Part shown: positions 1-13,412 of the stretch, in pieces
Numbering within the stretch: the stretch's first letter is position 1
Layout: each line of letters starts with the position of its first letter
Notes under the pieces: generated by a model
Told to the model about the DNA's origin: nothing
What the model saw: the letters and a program-made list of their open reading frames with translations, nothing else
Database searches by the model: none
Origin: Paramecium tetraurelia
Lineage: Eukaryota
Direction: 5' to 3'
Length of the DNA: 64,000 nucleotides
Assembly: GCA_000165425.1 (NCBI GenBank)
Contig: CT868004.1
Location: 186,001-250,000, forward strand
Position numbers and translations under genes: made by a program

Positions 1-1686
1 AAATATTTGGAACCTGAAGAACATCTATAAAGTGTTTCTTCCCAACAGTCAAAACCCCCAAAGAATCCTTTTTAAGACAGTCAAAGAACTAAGCAAGATG
101 AATAGCATATGTCTTTCAGCAGATAAAAGGAAGTTGAATTACTTGATAATCAAATTCAAGAAAATATTATTTAAACTGATTAGGAGGGACAGAAGAATCC
201 CTTTGAAAGTTCAAGTGTAATGCATTATACGTAAACATAAATGCTGGACCCTTATGCAAAGACAGTTTCAGAAAGAAATCAAGCTAGTCACTATACAAGT
301 TAAGAGAGTAGCAACATTTAAAATTTAAGTTAAACTTAAGAAAAATCACTAGATTCTGAATAGTTCTATGAGACAATTGAGGAGTAAGGACAATTCTAAC
401 AATCAGGCAGAGTCAGTACAGGGACTCAATTATAAAAATTGGATTAGAAATCATCCAGAATTTAAAATAGTATAAAAGAAGAAATATAAGATGAATCTAG
501 TAGTATGACTCATTCCTCTCATCAAGAGGAGAAAAATCATGTAAATTAAAGTCCAATTTACGAAAGTTTTGATTAGGATTCATAATTGGTCGAGAAAGCA
601 TAGAGATGGAATTAGTATCAAAGCATTCCATAGAATACAGCAGAGTTTAATCCTAATGTGTAATCAACAACTGCGGAAGTCAAATATGAATAAAACAATT
701 CATAATAAATAAAACAAGATATTTCTAATAATAACATCAGTTATGGCCAGTCATTTGATTAGGCATAGCAGTAATCTAGTTATTTAAATTAATAAATTAA
801 TTCCAAACTTATAGATAAGGATTCAACAATAGATGGAATTATAATAAATAATCGTATAATATCTAAGAAGCTTTCATAAGAATTAGTAATTGATATGTAA
901 AAATTTGAGGAAAATAGTCACTTATTGAATAGCATCAATAGAACCTAATTATTGTTTATTACTGAGAAATATTTTGATCTTATGATTCTATAAAACAATA
1001 AGAATTTATTGTAAGATTTTCGATTATTAAAGAAGTTATAATATCACATATTTAAGAAAGATCGTGTTATTTTAAAAAAGTGTATGAAGTAATTTCAGGT
1101 AAATAGGGATAGATAATTAGAGAAATATGAAAAGGATAGGAAATCTAGATAATTTCTCTTCTCAAAATAGAAACTACTATAAGAATATGTATTTTAAGCA
1201 ATTAGATAAAATAAAATTGCATAGTAATAGTTTTTATAGAATGTGATTCGATTGATGAATAACCATAAATAGAAGGTTTTGCTGATAAGATGGAAGACTT
1301 AAGTATACAAATAAAAAATGAAAAGGCAAATGGATCTTTAGTATAAACAGTTTTTATTCAATGGCTGGCTAAATGTAGTTAAAAGAGAGAAAAAGGCGAA
1401 AGATATCAAAAGTTTAACAAAATATTATTTTTCAACAATTCAAAAATATTACTAAACTTGGAAATGTTTCACTTACTAATAGTAAAGACTCAAATCTAAG
1501 TTTCTGAATGCTTAGAGGAATATAAATTTGATGAAGAAGAAGTTTATAATGTCACAATGGATCAATTTTATTTAGGAAGTGAAAAGAGAGAAGGAATTTG
1601 AAGCCTATGTGAAACAGGCCAATGAATACGTTCCTGTTAAGGTAAGCCTAAAACCCTAAAATATAAAAATCTATAATATCAAATGA
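1..1686 (+). CDS. Hypothetical low-complexity Gln/Ser/Asn/Glu-rich protein, 5'-truncated by the window edge
   Basis: Frame 1 is open under code 6 (KYLEPEEHLQSVSSQQSKPPKNPFQDSQRTKQDEQ...). There is a tiny intron near 1542-1575, and the gene ends ...KIYNIK-TGA at 1684-1686. Confidence 0.7.
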
Positions 1687-1768
1687 ATTAATATTTATTA
1701 TTTATCACTAATTAAATCATATAAGTAACACATAAGCCAATTTAATTTGGCTTTTCATTAATAATAAT

Positions 1769-2455
1769 ATGCTGTATAATTTTGATTTTCCATAACAACA
1801 AAGTCCTGTTTTGTAAATTAATTAATCACAGTAAAATAATAAAACATAGAAGAATGTTTCAACCCAAAAATCTCTGAGCCAAATTTCAAATTTCGAGTTT
1901 CAACAAACTAGTGATATGAAAAATAAGTTATTACCCCTTTTGAATAATAAATTAAAATAGAGAAACTCAATCAAACACGGTGCTCAAAGTCCTAGATAGA
2001 CACAATTGAAAAGTGAGAATTCACTAGATGATCAAAGCAAAATAACTATTTGTAGATAACTACCTTCTATTTATTTTAAACAAAACAGCAGGATTATGAA
2101 ACCTACTCACTCCCAAGATAAGTTGAGTTTAAGTCCTCAGAAATAGGATTTATATCAATAAAGCAAACGAATTCTTACTGACGGTGCCGATATCCAACAA
2201 TCAGATAGATTAAGTCTCAGAAAACTTAATGAATTGTTGAATAGTCATAGTTTAAAAATGCCTTAACCTACTACAGCATAACATTTTCCTGAAGTTTAGG
2301 AACTAAAAGATATACCCAAATAAATTGAGTAGATTTTCAAGAAAAATAATATCAATCCAATAAAGATGAAAGCCAGCTTGCAATTTTATAGTCCAAGAGA
2401 TTAGAAGAATAAGATCTAATCAATTGATTCATTAATTAAATTGTTAAAAAAATGA
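1769..2455 (+). CDS. Hypothetical intronless protein, 228 aa
   Basis: Continuous code-6 ORF MLYNFDFPQQQSPVLQ...DSLIKLLKK-TGA of 687 nt. Confidence 0.75.
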
Positions 2456-2950
2456 ATTAAACTTATAATAATTATCTTAATTCCAAAAAGAAATAAATCA
2501 TATCAACACGATTCAAATACTATTAACTAATCTTAAAATAACAGCTTGGGTTAGAAAATCATTATGAAATTTAAACATAAAGTGTTTATTTATCAATATA
2601 GGTAAATTCTGCCTAAATAGGAGAATAGAATCTAATTTAGGAAAGAAATTAGTATGCAAATTTAATGTAACTATTAAAAAAATCACTTAATAAACTAAAA
2701 GATCAAAAGAAAATATAAAGCAATTTAACGTGAATTATAATAATTAAGAATAATTAAAAATTCTAAGGAAGAGGATCTAACTAATATATAATTATTAATT
2801 TAGGATTCATAAAATTGTTTTATCAATAAATTAATTTAACTTAATAATTACTAATGATTATTACAAATAGAAAAATTAGAATAAATTAGACAATATAAAA
2901 TAAATGGGAATATTTTAAATTATTAGAAAACCTTGATTTATTTAAATTAT

Positions 2951-4212
2951 TCAATTGTTTAACTTTAATTATTTTACTAAATCTTGTATCAATGAATCTT
3001 ATTGTAGTTCATCAATGATTCTCAAAATATTTTCTTTTTCATTTGGACTTAATTAAAAATTGTATTTCATTTAGCAATTATGCAATACAAACATAGTGTC
3101 TATCTAAAAATAAAATAACTATTCTTACAGGACATATAGGAAAGGCATAATTGATTAGGTTCTTTAAAGCTTCTAATTCGATTTCTGTTAAGAGAACTAA
3201 ATTAGCTATTATCACTAAAAGCTGTCTTTAGATTAAAGCATTTGAAGCTGGGAACATATTGAATAGTTAATTCACATTACAATTTGCAGGGATTATTTAC
3301 TATCCTGTCAAATTAGAGTAGATAAATAGTATTATGAGTTATAATTCTTAACTGTCTGTTTCCTTGACTTGTAGTTATGCAAAATCAAATGGAATAGCTT
3401 AGGATAATTCGGCATACAACCAGTATATTTGTATCAGTTGATTTTTGTCAAGTTTATTCTCATTTTTCTTCACATACTAGATTAAGTATTAAGGTATTTC
3501 AGATTGACCTATCTTTACTAAGATCTAATTTAATAATGCGCTTTCATTGTGAATGGAATACAGGATATTATTCAAAGCCCATATTGCCTAAAATAACAGT
3601 CTTTTTTATCCGTAAATTATCTAATATTGTAAGATATCTATCAGATTTGCTGAGAATGCACTAATAAATCCATTGTTACATGAAATATTACCTATTTATT
3701 TTAGATTAATAATTACCAATAAATGCTAGTATTTTATCTAAAATTTAGTAAGAAAGTGCTTGATTAATATGATTGTTATACTTATCCATTAATTTGCAGA
3801 GAATCGTAAGCATGTTGAATAATTCTTAACTTGAATTCTAAAATAAACTCAATTTGACTAAAACATTCAAGCATTCATTGTGCAAGGCAGAATTATCATC
3901 CTCAACTTTTAGCTTAAGGAGTGTTTCAATCAATTAAACCAATCTAACTTCTTATTCTTAATTAAAGTGATTAAAATCATTGATTTGCTTAAAGTAATTT
4001 TTGATATCTTTTTTATTGTAGATTGTAATTGCACCATTTAAAAGATGAAGTGTCTTGTCAACCTCAACCTCATTGTTGTTTGACTATATCATTTTTTTCC
4101 TATTATTTTAGAATAGAGTCTCTCTATCAATACGTTTAACGTTCAAAGCAAAGAGCTCTCGCTTTTTTTACAAACTCAAAGTTGTGTTATTAATCATTAA
4201 TTAATTAATCAT
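2951..4212 (-). CDS. Divergent importin-alpha-like (IBB-like + ARM-like) protein
   Basis: The N-terminus KKRELFALNVKRIDRETLFQNNRKK resembles an IBB motif. Internal LFQAIWALNNIL and LLVIIANLV resemble importin-alpha ARM helices. Several tiny introns; TGA at 2953-2951. Confidence 0.6.
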
Positions 4213-4671
4213 AGAATAATTTGCCGCTTGAAGTTTGTGAATTATTTTGAAATTAAAATTATAATACTTATTCATTTGCACATTTCCTTTTGTCACTAGT
4301 ATAATCAAAGTAGATTACATCCAAACTAAAATCTGTTTGAAATATTATAGCAGCATTGGTGGTTTTCAAAGAATCTTTAAATACATTAAAGGTAAGATTT
4401 AAGATGTAAAAACTCTCTTAAATGATGGAATAAATCAGAAATGTAATATTTAAACTTTAAATCTCCTAAAAATAACTGAGTTTCTCATAAATATCTTAAA
4501 AATCCGATAAAATTCTTACACATTATTAAATTCTTCATATGGTTATTATTATTAATTGTTTTAAGCAAGTTGAACTTTAGGTTGTGTTATATAAGGTTTC
4601 TATTCCAGAATTTTATCCTGATTTCTTAATGGTTAAATTTGTATTTAATTATAAATCGAATTTGATTAATA

Positions 4672-5865
4672 ATGCTTTAAAGACATACTGAAACTATTGA
4701 GTATATGAGAGAATGCTTCAGATAGAAAATCTGGAGGGACCAGAGAGAGGCTATCTTCAAAAACAAGAGAAGACCATAGGAGTGGAACAAATAAGGTATT
4801 GCGAGGAATGATTCTTTAAATAATTAATTCAATTATCTATATTTAGGAGAAACACAAAATACTAATGAAATATAAGTAAACACATCAAAAAAGAAGGAAT
4901 AAGAGATTACTATTTAATAGCAGATTCATTAAATATTAAATGTTGAATTTATTAATAATTTCAAATTAATTAATTTAGAAAAAAATCTATTAATTTCTTT
5001 GAAGTAATTTCCAGCTTAATGCAATGATGAATAGTTGACACTTTGGTTTTAATTAATTGAATCGTTAATAATGCAATCTGACTTTTAAAGCATCATTGTA
5101 AATATTTCAATATTAGAATAAATTATTATTTAAGCAATCTAATATAAAAAGTTTGACTCACCTTTTAGAACTTTAAACTGTCTTTTGAAATTAGTTTAAT
5201 TGAATGATATTAGTATATTGAAGTATTTTGAATGCGAGGAGATGTATAATTACTTAATTTATGCATTATAAAATTAATAATTGAATGCTATTGTAATTTG
5301 TGAGAAGATTTTGGAAATCTCTCAATATGGAACACTTTTTTTATTAAAATAAGGTTTACTGGATTATATATACAATTTTTTATTGGAGAACTTTGAGTAT
5401 AAGAATTTTTTTATAACATTCGTATCGAAGATTAATTGTTTAAATGTGGATGAAGCAGTAACAATGTTGATAAGATCAAAAATATTTAATGAGATCATAA
5501 ATCTTCATGGAACTGAGATTGATGCTTAAGGGTATAGATGCATAGGGGTTCTGATATCGAACTTAATCTAAAAAGTTAGTAACAAGGACCAGCTGAAGTA
5601 CCTGATTTATAATTCAAATTTGATGTGCATGTTATAGTAGATTTTGAGTTTGTATCACCACGAAGACTTGATATTAATGGGGATCCAAATACTGCAGATG
5701 ATTTTCAATCAACAAAGCTATGAGTCTGTGTAGCAAATCAAGAAGGTAGACAATAAGTGTTATTTAAAGGATATACCTTCTGTGTTGATCCAGTTGTATT
5801 TTTTGAAGAAGTGCTGTGTGGAGGATAGTATGTCTGATAAGATAAATTAATTAATTGAATATTGA
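4672..5865 (+). CDS. Second divergent importin-alpha-like protein (IBB-like N-terminus, helical-repeat body)
   Basis: MLQRHTETIEYMRECFRQKIWRDQREAIFKNKRR matches the IBB pattern (R..F...I....RE..F..KR). The body is Leu/Ile-rich and helical, and ends ...NQLIEY-TGA. Internal intron boundaries are not fully resolved. Confidence 0.55.
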
Positions 5866-5985
5866 TGAAAAAATAATGATTTATTTAAGTATGATAGTGA
5901 GTGATCTTACAAGAGTGAATGTGTTTATGGGGTGACAATTTTGAATTGAATTTGAGGAGAGTGAGTTTTTCGATTAATTTAAATA

Positions 5986-6440
5986 ATGTTTGGTCGGTAG
6001 CAATTGAGATCGTATTTTTATTCTGTAATCGCAGTTACCCCACTGAGTCAACGGAGTTCTTGGAGTGCAAGGCGAATAACCGGATGTATGCGTAGGTGTT
6101 GGCTACAACGAGAGAGTCGAAGGAGTCGGCGTTGTTATCAAAATTAGTCACGTTGAGAGAATAGTAAATGGAGATGTATATATGAACGAATAGAATTTCG
6201 ACGATCGGTAGTCCTCGTGCAACAGTGAAGACATCAAGAGGTGTGTCTGACCATGTGGGTGCTATATCTCCGCGTTCTTTTGGGAGGAGATTGGACGAGA
6301 AATTGCCCATGAAGGAATTGGGGGAGATTGCGAATTACTTCAATACGTTGAGAGCGGAATAGGCAAAGACGTTATCGAGAAATTATGTGAATGAGATGGT
6401 GCGTTTGTAGCAGTGTATTGAGAAGAAGTTGAAAAGATGA
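5986..6440 (+). CDS. Small hypothetical protein (~133 aa)
   Basis: MFGRQQLRS / 23-nt intron / YPTESTEFLECKANNRMYAQ... / 30-nt intron 6164-6193 containing an in-frame TGA / ...QCIEKKLKR-TGA. Confidence 0.7.
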
Positions 6441-6464
6441 TGTTGTTAATAAATTAAATTACCA

Positions 6465-9400
6465 ATGAATCAAAAGCCACTGAAGAGTATTCATTTTCGA
6501 GTTGAGACGCATATCGACTTATCCTCCAAAGACAAGATATCTTCTGTCGAGAGTAATTCTAAGCGTTACGGTTCTCCTGACAACTTGCCTTCTCTTCAAA
6601 ACATCTGCAGAACCATTCAAGGGGAGGATGGAACGGTATTGAATGAGAATGAGGAGATCATAGGTCTTCGCCATGAGATCCCTTATGAGTAGGGCCAACA
6701 ATGTGAGCAGCAACCGAACCACAAGAACCAAGTGGGCACTTGAATTAAACGAACGCAAGGATCTCAAACAATTAGAACAATGGACAGATGTATATTAACT
6801 TTAGTATTTAGTTAATGGTTTAATAATTATAATAACAATAGTATGGCAACATTCGAGATTTCTATGAAAAAATGGAGTTGGTCTACACTGGTTCCATAAC
6901 TTAGTTAGGGTAGTAACTGGCTGTTAAATGCATTGATTATTAGACTATGTTGAACAAGATATGGTCATCCTATACTCATGCAGTGAAGGAGATAATCGAA
7001 AGACAATCAGAAACCAATAGAAAATTGGAGAAGGATTGTCTCTCAGAAACAGTGAAATTGCATCAAATGTACTAAAAAACATTGAATGATAAGGGTACTA
7101 AGTTGCAAGAGGCTGAGAGATATTTGAAATAGAATTCTGATTAAAATGATAAAATGATTAAAGAAGGTAGATATTTGAGAAAGAAATGTTAAAAATTAGA
7201 GTAAGAACTCCTAAACCTAAGAAGAGAAGGTGACTTTCTCAAATTGCAGAACACTGATCTCACCAGAGAGATTGATGCAATGAAAGTTTTCATTAATCAT
7301 CAAGTGGATCCTTCCATTTACATTCATCAGAATCTCGTGAATGCTTAATAGATTGAAGAGAAGTTTGCAGATGAATTGTAACATGCTAAAAAGGAAATGT
7401 TTGATGATTTTAAACATCAATTTGAACAAAGAACCATGATCTATGAAGAAATGTATTAAAAAAAATTAGATGAGTTGGAGAGAAGAGAAATATAGAATCA
7501 AAATTAGGAGGATGAACAAATACTTTAGGATTATTAATAGACTATATTTAAAGATGAGTGTGTTGGTAGTTCACTCACTTATAAGACTTAAGAAACAGAC
7601 ACTCTTGACTTGCTTCAATTTTAAGATGCAACTGTCTAAACTATTTAATTCAAAAAAAAAGTATTTGATTGGAGTACTCAAACACCTACTGTTGTTACAT
7701 TTAATCAATCTGTTGAAGCCAACTTTTCAATGATAAAAAGAGAATGCATTCCTAGAAACAAAGAGGAACAAACCTATTTAGAAATGTCCAGATATCCAAT
7801 TCAAGTTTTCATTGATGACTATCATGAAATAAATATCACCTATAATAAAAGTACCTTTAATTAGGACTTAAACAATTTGGTTGAGTAACTTGGTCAGAGA
7901 GCGACATAGTTGTTTAATATATTAACAATGAAAGAAGAGTTCCATTTGGATGATTTCCAATGTGTGAGTTAGTACGTGATAAATAGTTATAATGCATTCA
8001 TAAACCTAGTTCGTAATTTGGAATATCTGATAGTAGAAAGCAAGTCAAATTTAGTAGAGAACAAGATTTGTCTCTATGAAACCTAGATAGATTCGAAATA
8101 ATCATATCGAAAAAAGATTCATGCTGAAAAGAAGTTGGATCTATTGATAGCCAAACACTAGTTAACATTGAAATAAGTGACATTCCTCCAAAAACAAATC
8201 ATTCGAGTTCACAAGTATCTACCGCACTTCCAAATTGAAACCATCAAAAGATAAGCGATTAAAAGGAAGATATTCTTGGAATTCCCTAAAATCCAATCTC
8301 CTGGTCCCAATCTTCTACTCCCTCCTGAAAAATCAAACACAATCTTCTTTTCTTCTTAACCTTAATTGTTGATACCTCCTCAAATCAATCAATCTACAAG
8401 TTCGTAGGTTCAGAGATCTGCTTTGGATATAGCCTAGAGCGAATCAACAGAGCCTCAGTAATTGAGAAGAGATTAGTCGGTCGATCTATACAGAGAGCCA
8501 CGAGAAACACCTCCGATTAGTCCTGCCAAAAAGCATCACCAAATTTAAATATGTAATATGAATGCATTAAATTTGCTTAGTTTTCTAAGATGCAATAGCA
8601 CCGCCTGATGACTCTTCATCGGAAAGTGATTAAGATGTGGATATAGAGGCGCAATTGTCTCCCATAAAAAATTTGTTATCAATTGAAAAGAAGCTGTTTG
8701 TAAGCAAATGTCCTTCCAAAAATACACAAACAGCCACTCAACTGTTATTGCAAGAGATTCAATAGTTTAGAAGAGATCGGATAGACAATATAGTCACTCG
8801 CTAAACCCTACAACGATATCTGTCTAGTTTTGTGTGTTGGTGTGTGAAATATGGAAAGTACAATTATCCTCTTCACATACAACTCTACGAATTCTATCAA
8901 ATTGAGAATTTCCAATAGCCTCCTCAAGTCTGGTTGTAGAAGTATCAACGCATTATTAAGAGCATCATCTACTATAAGAAGAAGACCACATATGCTAAGT
9001 TGTTCCATTAGATGTTGATTGGCGATTAGAGTTTTAACATCTATTTGAGTATCTTGAATGGCATTCAAAATAAGGAATTTACAGAGAATGGAATTATTGT
9101 CCAATAATTATAACTTTCTGATGCTATCGGACAATATGTAAAGAATACTATTCCAAAGTATATTCAGTTGGTTGATTATGATCAGGAGATCTCACCTTAT
9201 ATGCAAGGTATGTTGGATTTCAAAACAAATGAGATTACTCAAAAATATTAGTTAATTTTGACTTTGTTTGATCAGGATCGATTCACAGCTCTATAATTCA
9301 GACTGTTGCTATTGGAGTTGGATTCATAGAGAACTGAATAGTAGATAATCAATCTGTTCATCAGTGAATGTGATTTAGAACAGAACAGTATTTAATATAT

Positions 9401-9728
9401 GTCACATAAGAGATTCTCATAGATGTGTGAAGAACACAATTTGTTGGCTAATCTCAGTGAGTATTTGAATAGGAATAATGCTCAATATTTTAGTGATTTG
9501 TAGTTATGGAAGGTAAGGGAAATTGAATTGAAATTGATGTTGATCAGATCCCAGAAGTACGATACAACTGAGAGGGAAGTGTTTTATCGGATGAATGAGT
9601 TGAATTCAAATGAATAGAGAATATTGTTGGGAAGGTACTTGGAGAGAAGAGCCAAAGAACTGTTGTTGGAGCAATATGCCTATGAATGTCTACCCTAATT
9701 CATGCAGATCCTACTAAATTCTTAATGA
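6465..9728 (+). CDS. Large coiled-coil protein, possibly related to the axonemal dynein light chain domain (AXDND1-like)
   Basis: Open under code 6 with tiny introns (e.g. 6636-6663, 6790-6811, 8553-8580). The segment GQQLAVKCIDYQTMLNKIW resembles the axonemal dynein light chain motif (weak). Long heptad regions. Confidence 0.65.
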
Positions 9729-9800
9729 TTTATTTAAAATCAATTAAAACCTTATATATATATATTTGATAAGTTCTAAAATATTGATTCAAAAATTAAT

Positions 9801-10908
<1,108 letters not shown>

Positions 10909-11024
10909 TTCATATAATATAGACAGTAATCACCATTTAATGTTTAAGTAATCGTCCCACTCTATTTAAGTATTCTCTCATTTTAACAAAAATAAAAATA
11001 TTTTTAATATCAGTTTCTTACATA

Positions 11025-12069
11025 ATGAACCTTGATGACATTTACAACTGGTATCAACTATCCATCCAACATTAGGATTCTCCAACATCCCTAGAACTAC
11101 CCAGGAAAACAGTAGGAATCACAACCAAGAACAGTGCAATCTTACAAGCCTCTTGAACCAAAAGCCTAATTTCACATCATCATCAAAGCCACTGCAGAAT
11201 ACATCAAAGAGAAAATGCTCAGCGGAAATGTAACTATCCAATAATATCTTAAGGGAGTCAACATGAAGGAGTTGGGAGCATTTACGATGGAAGTCATTTC
11301 TGATTATGTGAAACCTCTCCAACATTCAGGATTCAATATGACTCAAGACCTAGCCATCCAAAGAGCAGACAGAAAACATGTCCATTAAATCAGGTACATC
11401 ATGTTCAATATCATTTATAGACCTTGCTTTGTGCCTGACAATGCCTTCAAATACTTCTTGGCTCGTTACCCAGGCAAAGAGGAAATCACCAAACCTTTGA
11501 GTCAGCATTCGATCTATCAGAAAGGATTCGGAATGAACTTCTGTAATGCTGGTCCAATTGCAGCATCAAGGTTAGTAAATTTTAATTGTGATTAAGCTAT
11601 CTAGGCAAAGATGTTGTGTAATCAGTTCACACTTCGTTGATTAAAGCCATTCATGATCTGACCAGACTCGGACACGATCTCCATATCGATTTTGGATTTC
11701 ATCAAGATATCAGTATAAAATAGAGACTTAAAAATATAAATACGATCAATCATTCATTCAGAGACTCAACTAAACAGACTATGAATTAAAAGTAAATTAT
11801 ATCACTATTCGAGATGCGTAAATCTGATTTAGGAACATCACAACATTGGACAACCACCTATTAAGAAAAGTGGTCCAAGAGCACGTAAAATCACTTATTA
11901 ATTTTCTAATAGCTTAAATCATTTGTTGACCAGACCAAATCCAAACCAAGTTCAAGAAAATTATGAGAAATCTATGGCCTTGAAGATCATGTCATTAGAT
12001 TTGAATACGGCCGAACAAACCAATTATAGCAAAAAGCAAAAAGTCTAATTACCAACACTTAATAAATGA
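11025..12069 (+). CDS. CCDC81-like protein with HU-like domains; apparent +1 frameshifts near 11697 and 11731
   Basis: IIKATAEYIKEKMLSGNGVNMKELGAFTM...IRPCFVPD...FCNAGPIAASSYLGKDVVQ match the CCDC81 HU-domain pattern. Several 22-28 nt introns; ends LPTLNK-TGA. Confidence 0.7.
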
Positions 12070-12748
12070 AATGTCTTTTATTAAATAAGTAGATTGATTA
12101 ATTTTATCAATATTAAATTTATAATCTCAGAATTACTCTAATCTTAGATCTTTATGCTCAATCTATTCTTCTTTATTGAGTGTAATTCAATTAAATGTAT
12201 TACATCCTTAATCTTTAATCTCAATCTTGTAATAAGTTGTCAACAATTAATATAATCTATAATATTGATTAAGTTCTTTAAATATATTCTTAATTTTGGG
12301 AAAGAATTCAAACTATCCTTATTATTCAAGAATATCCTTAAGATTTAAATGATTGTCTAAGATTAATATTCAAATTCCATATGCTTATATTAATAATAAA
12401 TTTATATTAAATTCTACTTGTCTATTATATTGATGAGTAATTCCTATATACAGAAAGTACTCATTTTTAATACAATTATGTTTAAGTTCGATAATACAAC
12501 AATACCAAAAAGGTTAAATTCTAAGTATTCATAAATATAATACACGCCCACCCTAGACCTAATGATTATTCCTTAATTAAATTTATTTAGTCATTAAAAT
12601 TAATACCATTATATAATCCAATACTTAACAGAATTTTATATTTAAACCTATATCATATGCATTAATAAGAATCTAAAAGACCGCAAGATAGAAAGTGTAT
12701 GGAATATAAAAATAATAATATTCTTTATTAGATTTATTATGGTGTAGA

Positions 12749-13397
12749 TCAATGCCATTTATTGATGAACACATCTCTTCTTGGTGCTCTTAATTCTTCT
12801 GGATATTAGGTACCTTCTGGATCTGACAAGTCCTTCTTGTTCAATCTAAGATCTAAATTCTAATTACTACCTATTTGCGTGCACTTGCCATAATTATTCA
12901 ATGTGGTCATGATAATGAACGAATGTATACTCGTTTGCAATTGCAAAGGGAAGCACAAGGGTGTAGAGATATTATCTGAATAATCTGTGGGTCTTGAGGA
13001 CTGATCCGTATTCTCTCAAAATACTCAAGACTTATCCTCTTTTAGCGTATTAATAAAGGAATGTCCATGAAGCTCCTGTCACGATTGCAGCAAGTTCTAA
13101 GAATATATTGAATTCGATATTACAAATATTTGAAGTCCAATCTTCGCATAATTCTTCCTTTGTTTCTTTGACGATTCTCTAATATGGGTAGAACCTGTAT
13201 AGAGAGTCCAACTTTCCATACTATGAAAATCTATTAAGTGCATAGGAAGCAAATAATCCTTTTACAGCTCTATATTGTAGACCATCGAAGAATTGTCTGC
13301 TGATATCACCAGAAGGAAGTGTATTGAAATACTCTTCTGCAAGTCTAAGGTTGATGGGAGCATAAGTTGGATGCACCGCGTAGAGACTGTGATTCAT
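12749..13397 (-). CDS. ~198-aa protein with two hydrophobic segments (candidate mitochondrial inner-membrane complex subunit)
   Basis: MNHSLYAVHPTYAPINLRLAEEYFNTLPSGD...QLAAIVTGASWTFLY...YLYTLVLPFAIANEY...DVFINKWH-TGA. Two introns (27 and 25 nt). Codon use resembles highly expressed genes. The functional guess is inference only. Confidence 0.75.
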
Positions 13398-13412
13398 TTA
13401 ATTAAATAATGA

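Noticed and set aside
6183..6185. In-frame TGA as possible selenocysteine or readthrough
   Set aside because: It lies within a canonical 30-nt GTA..TAG intron. There is no redox motif and no room for a SECIS (24 nt to the next ATG).
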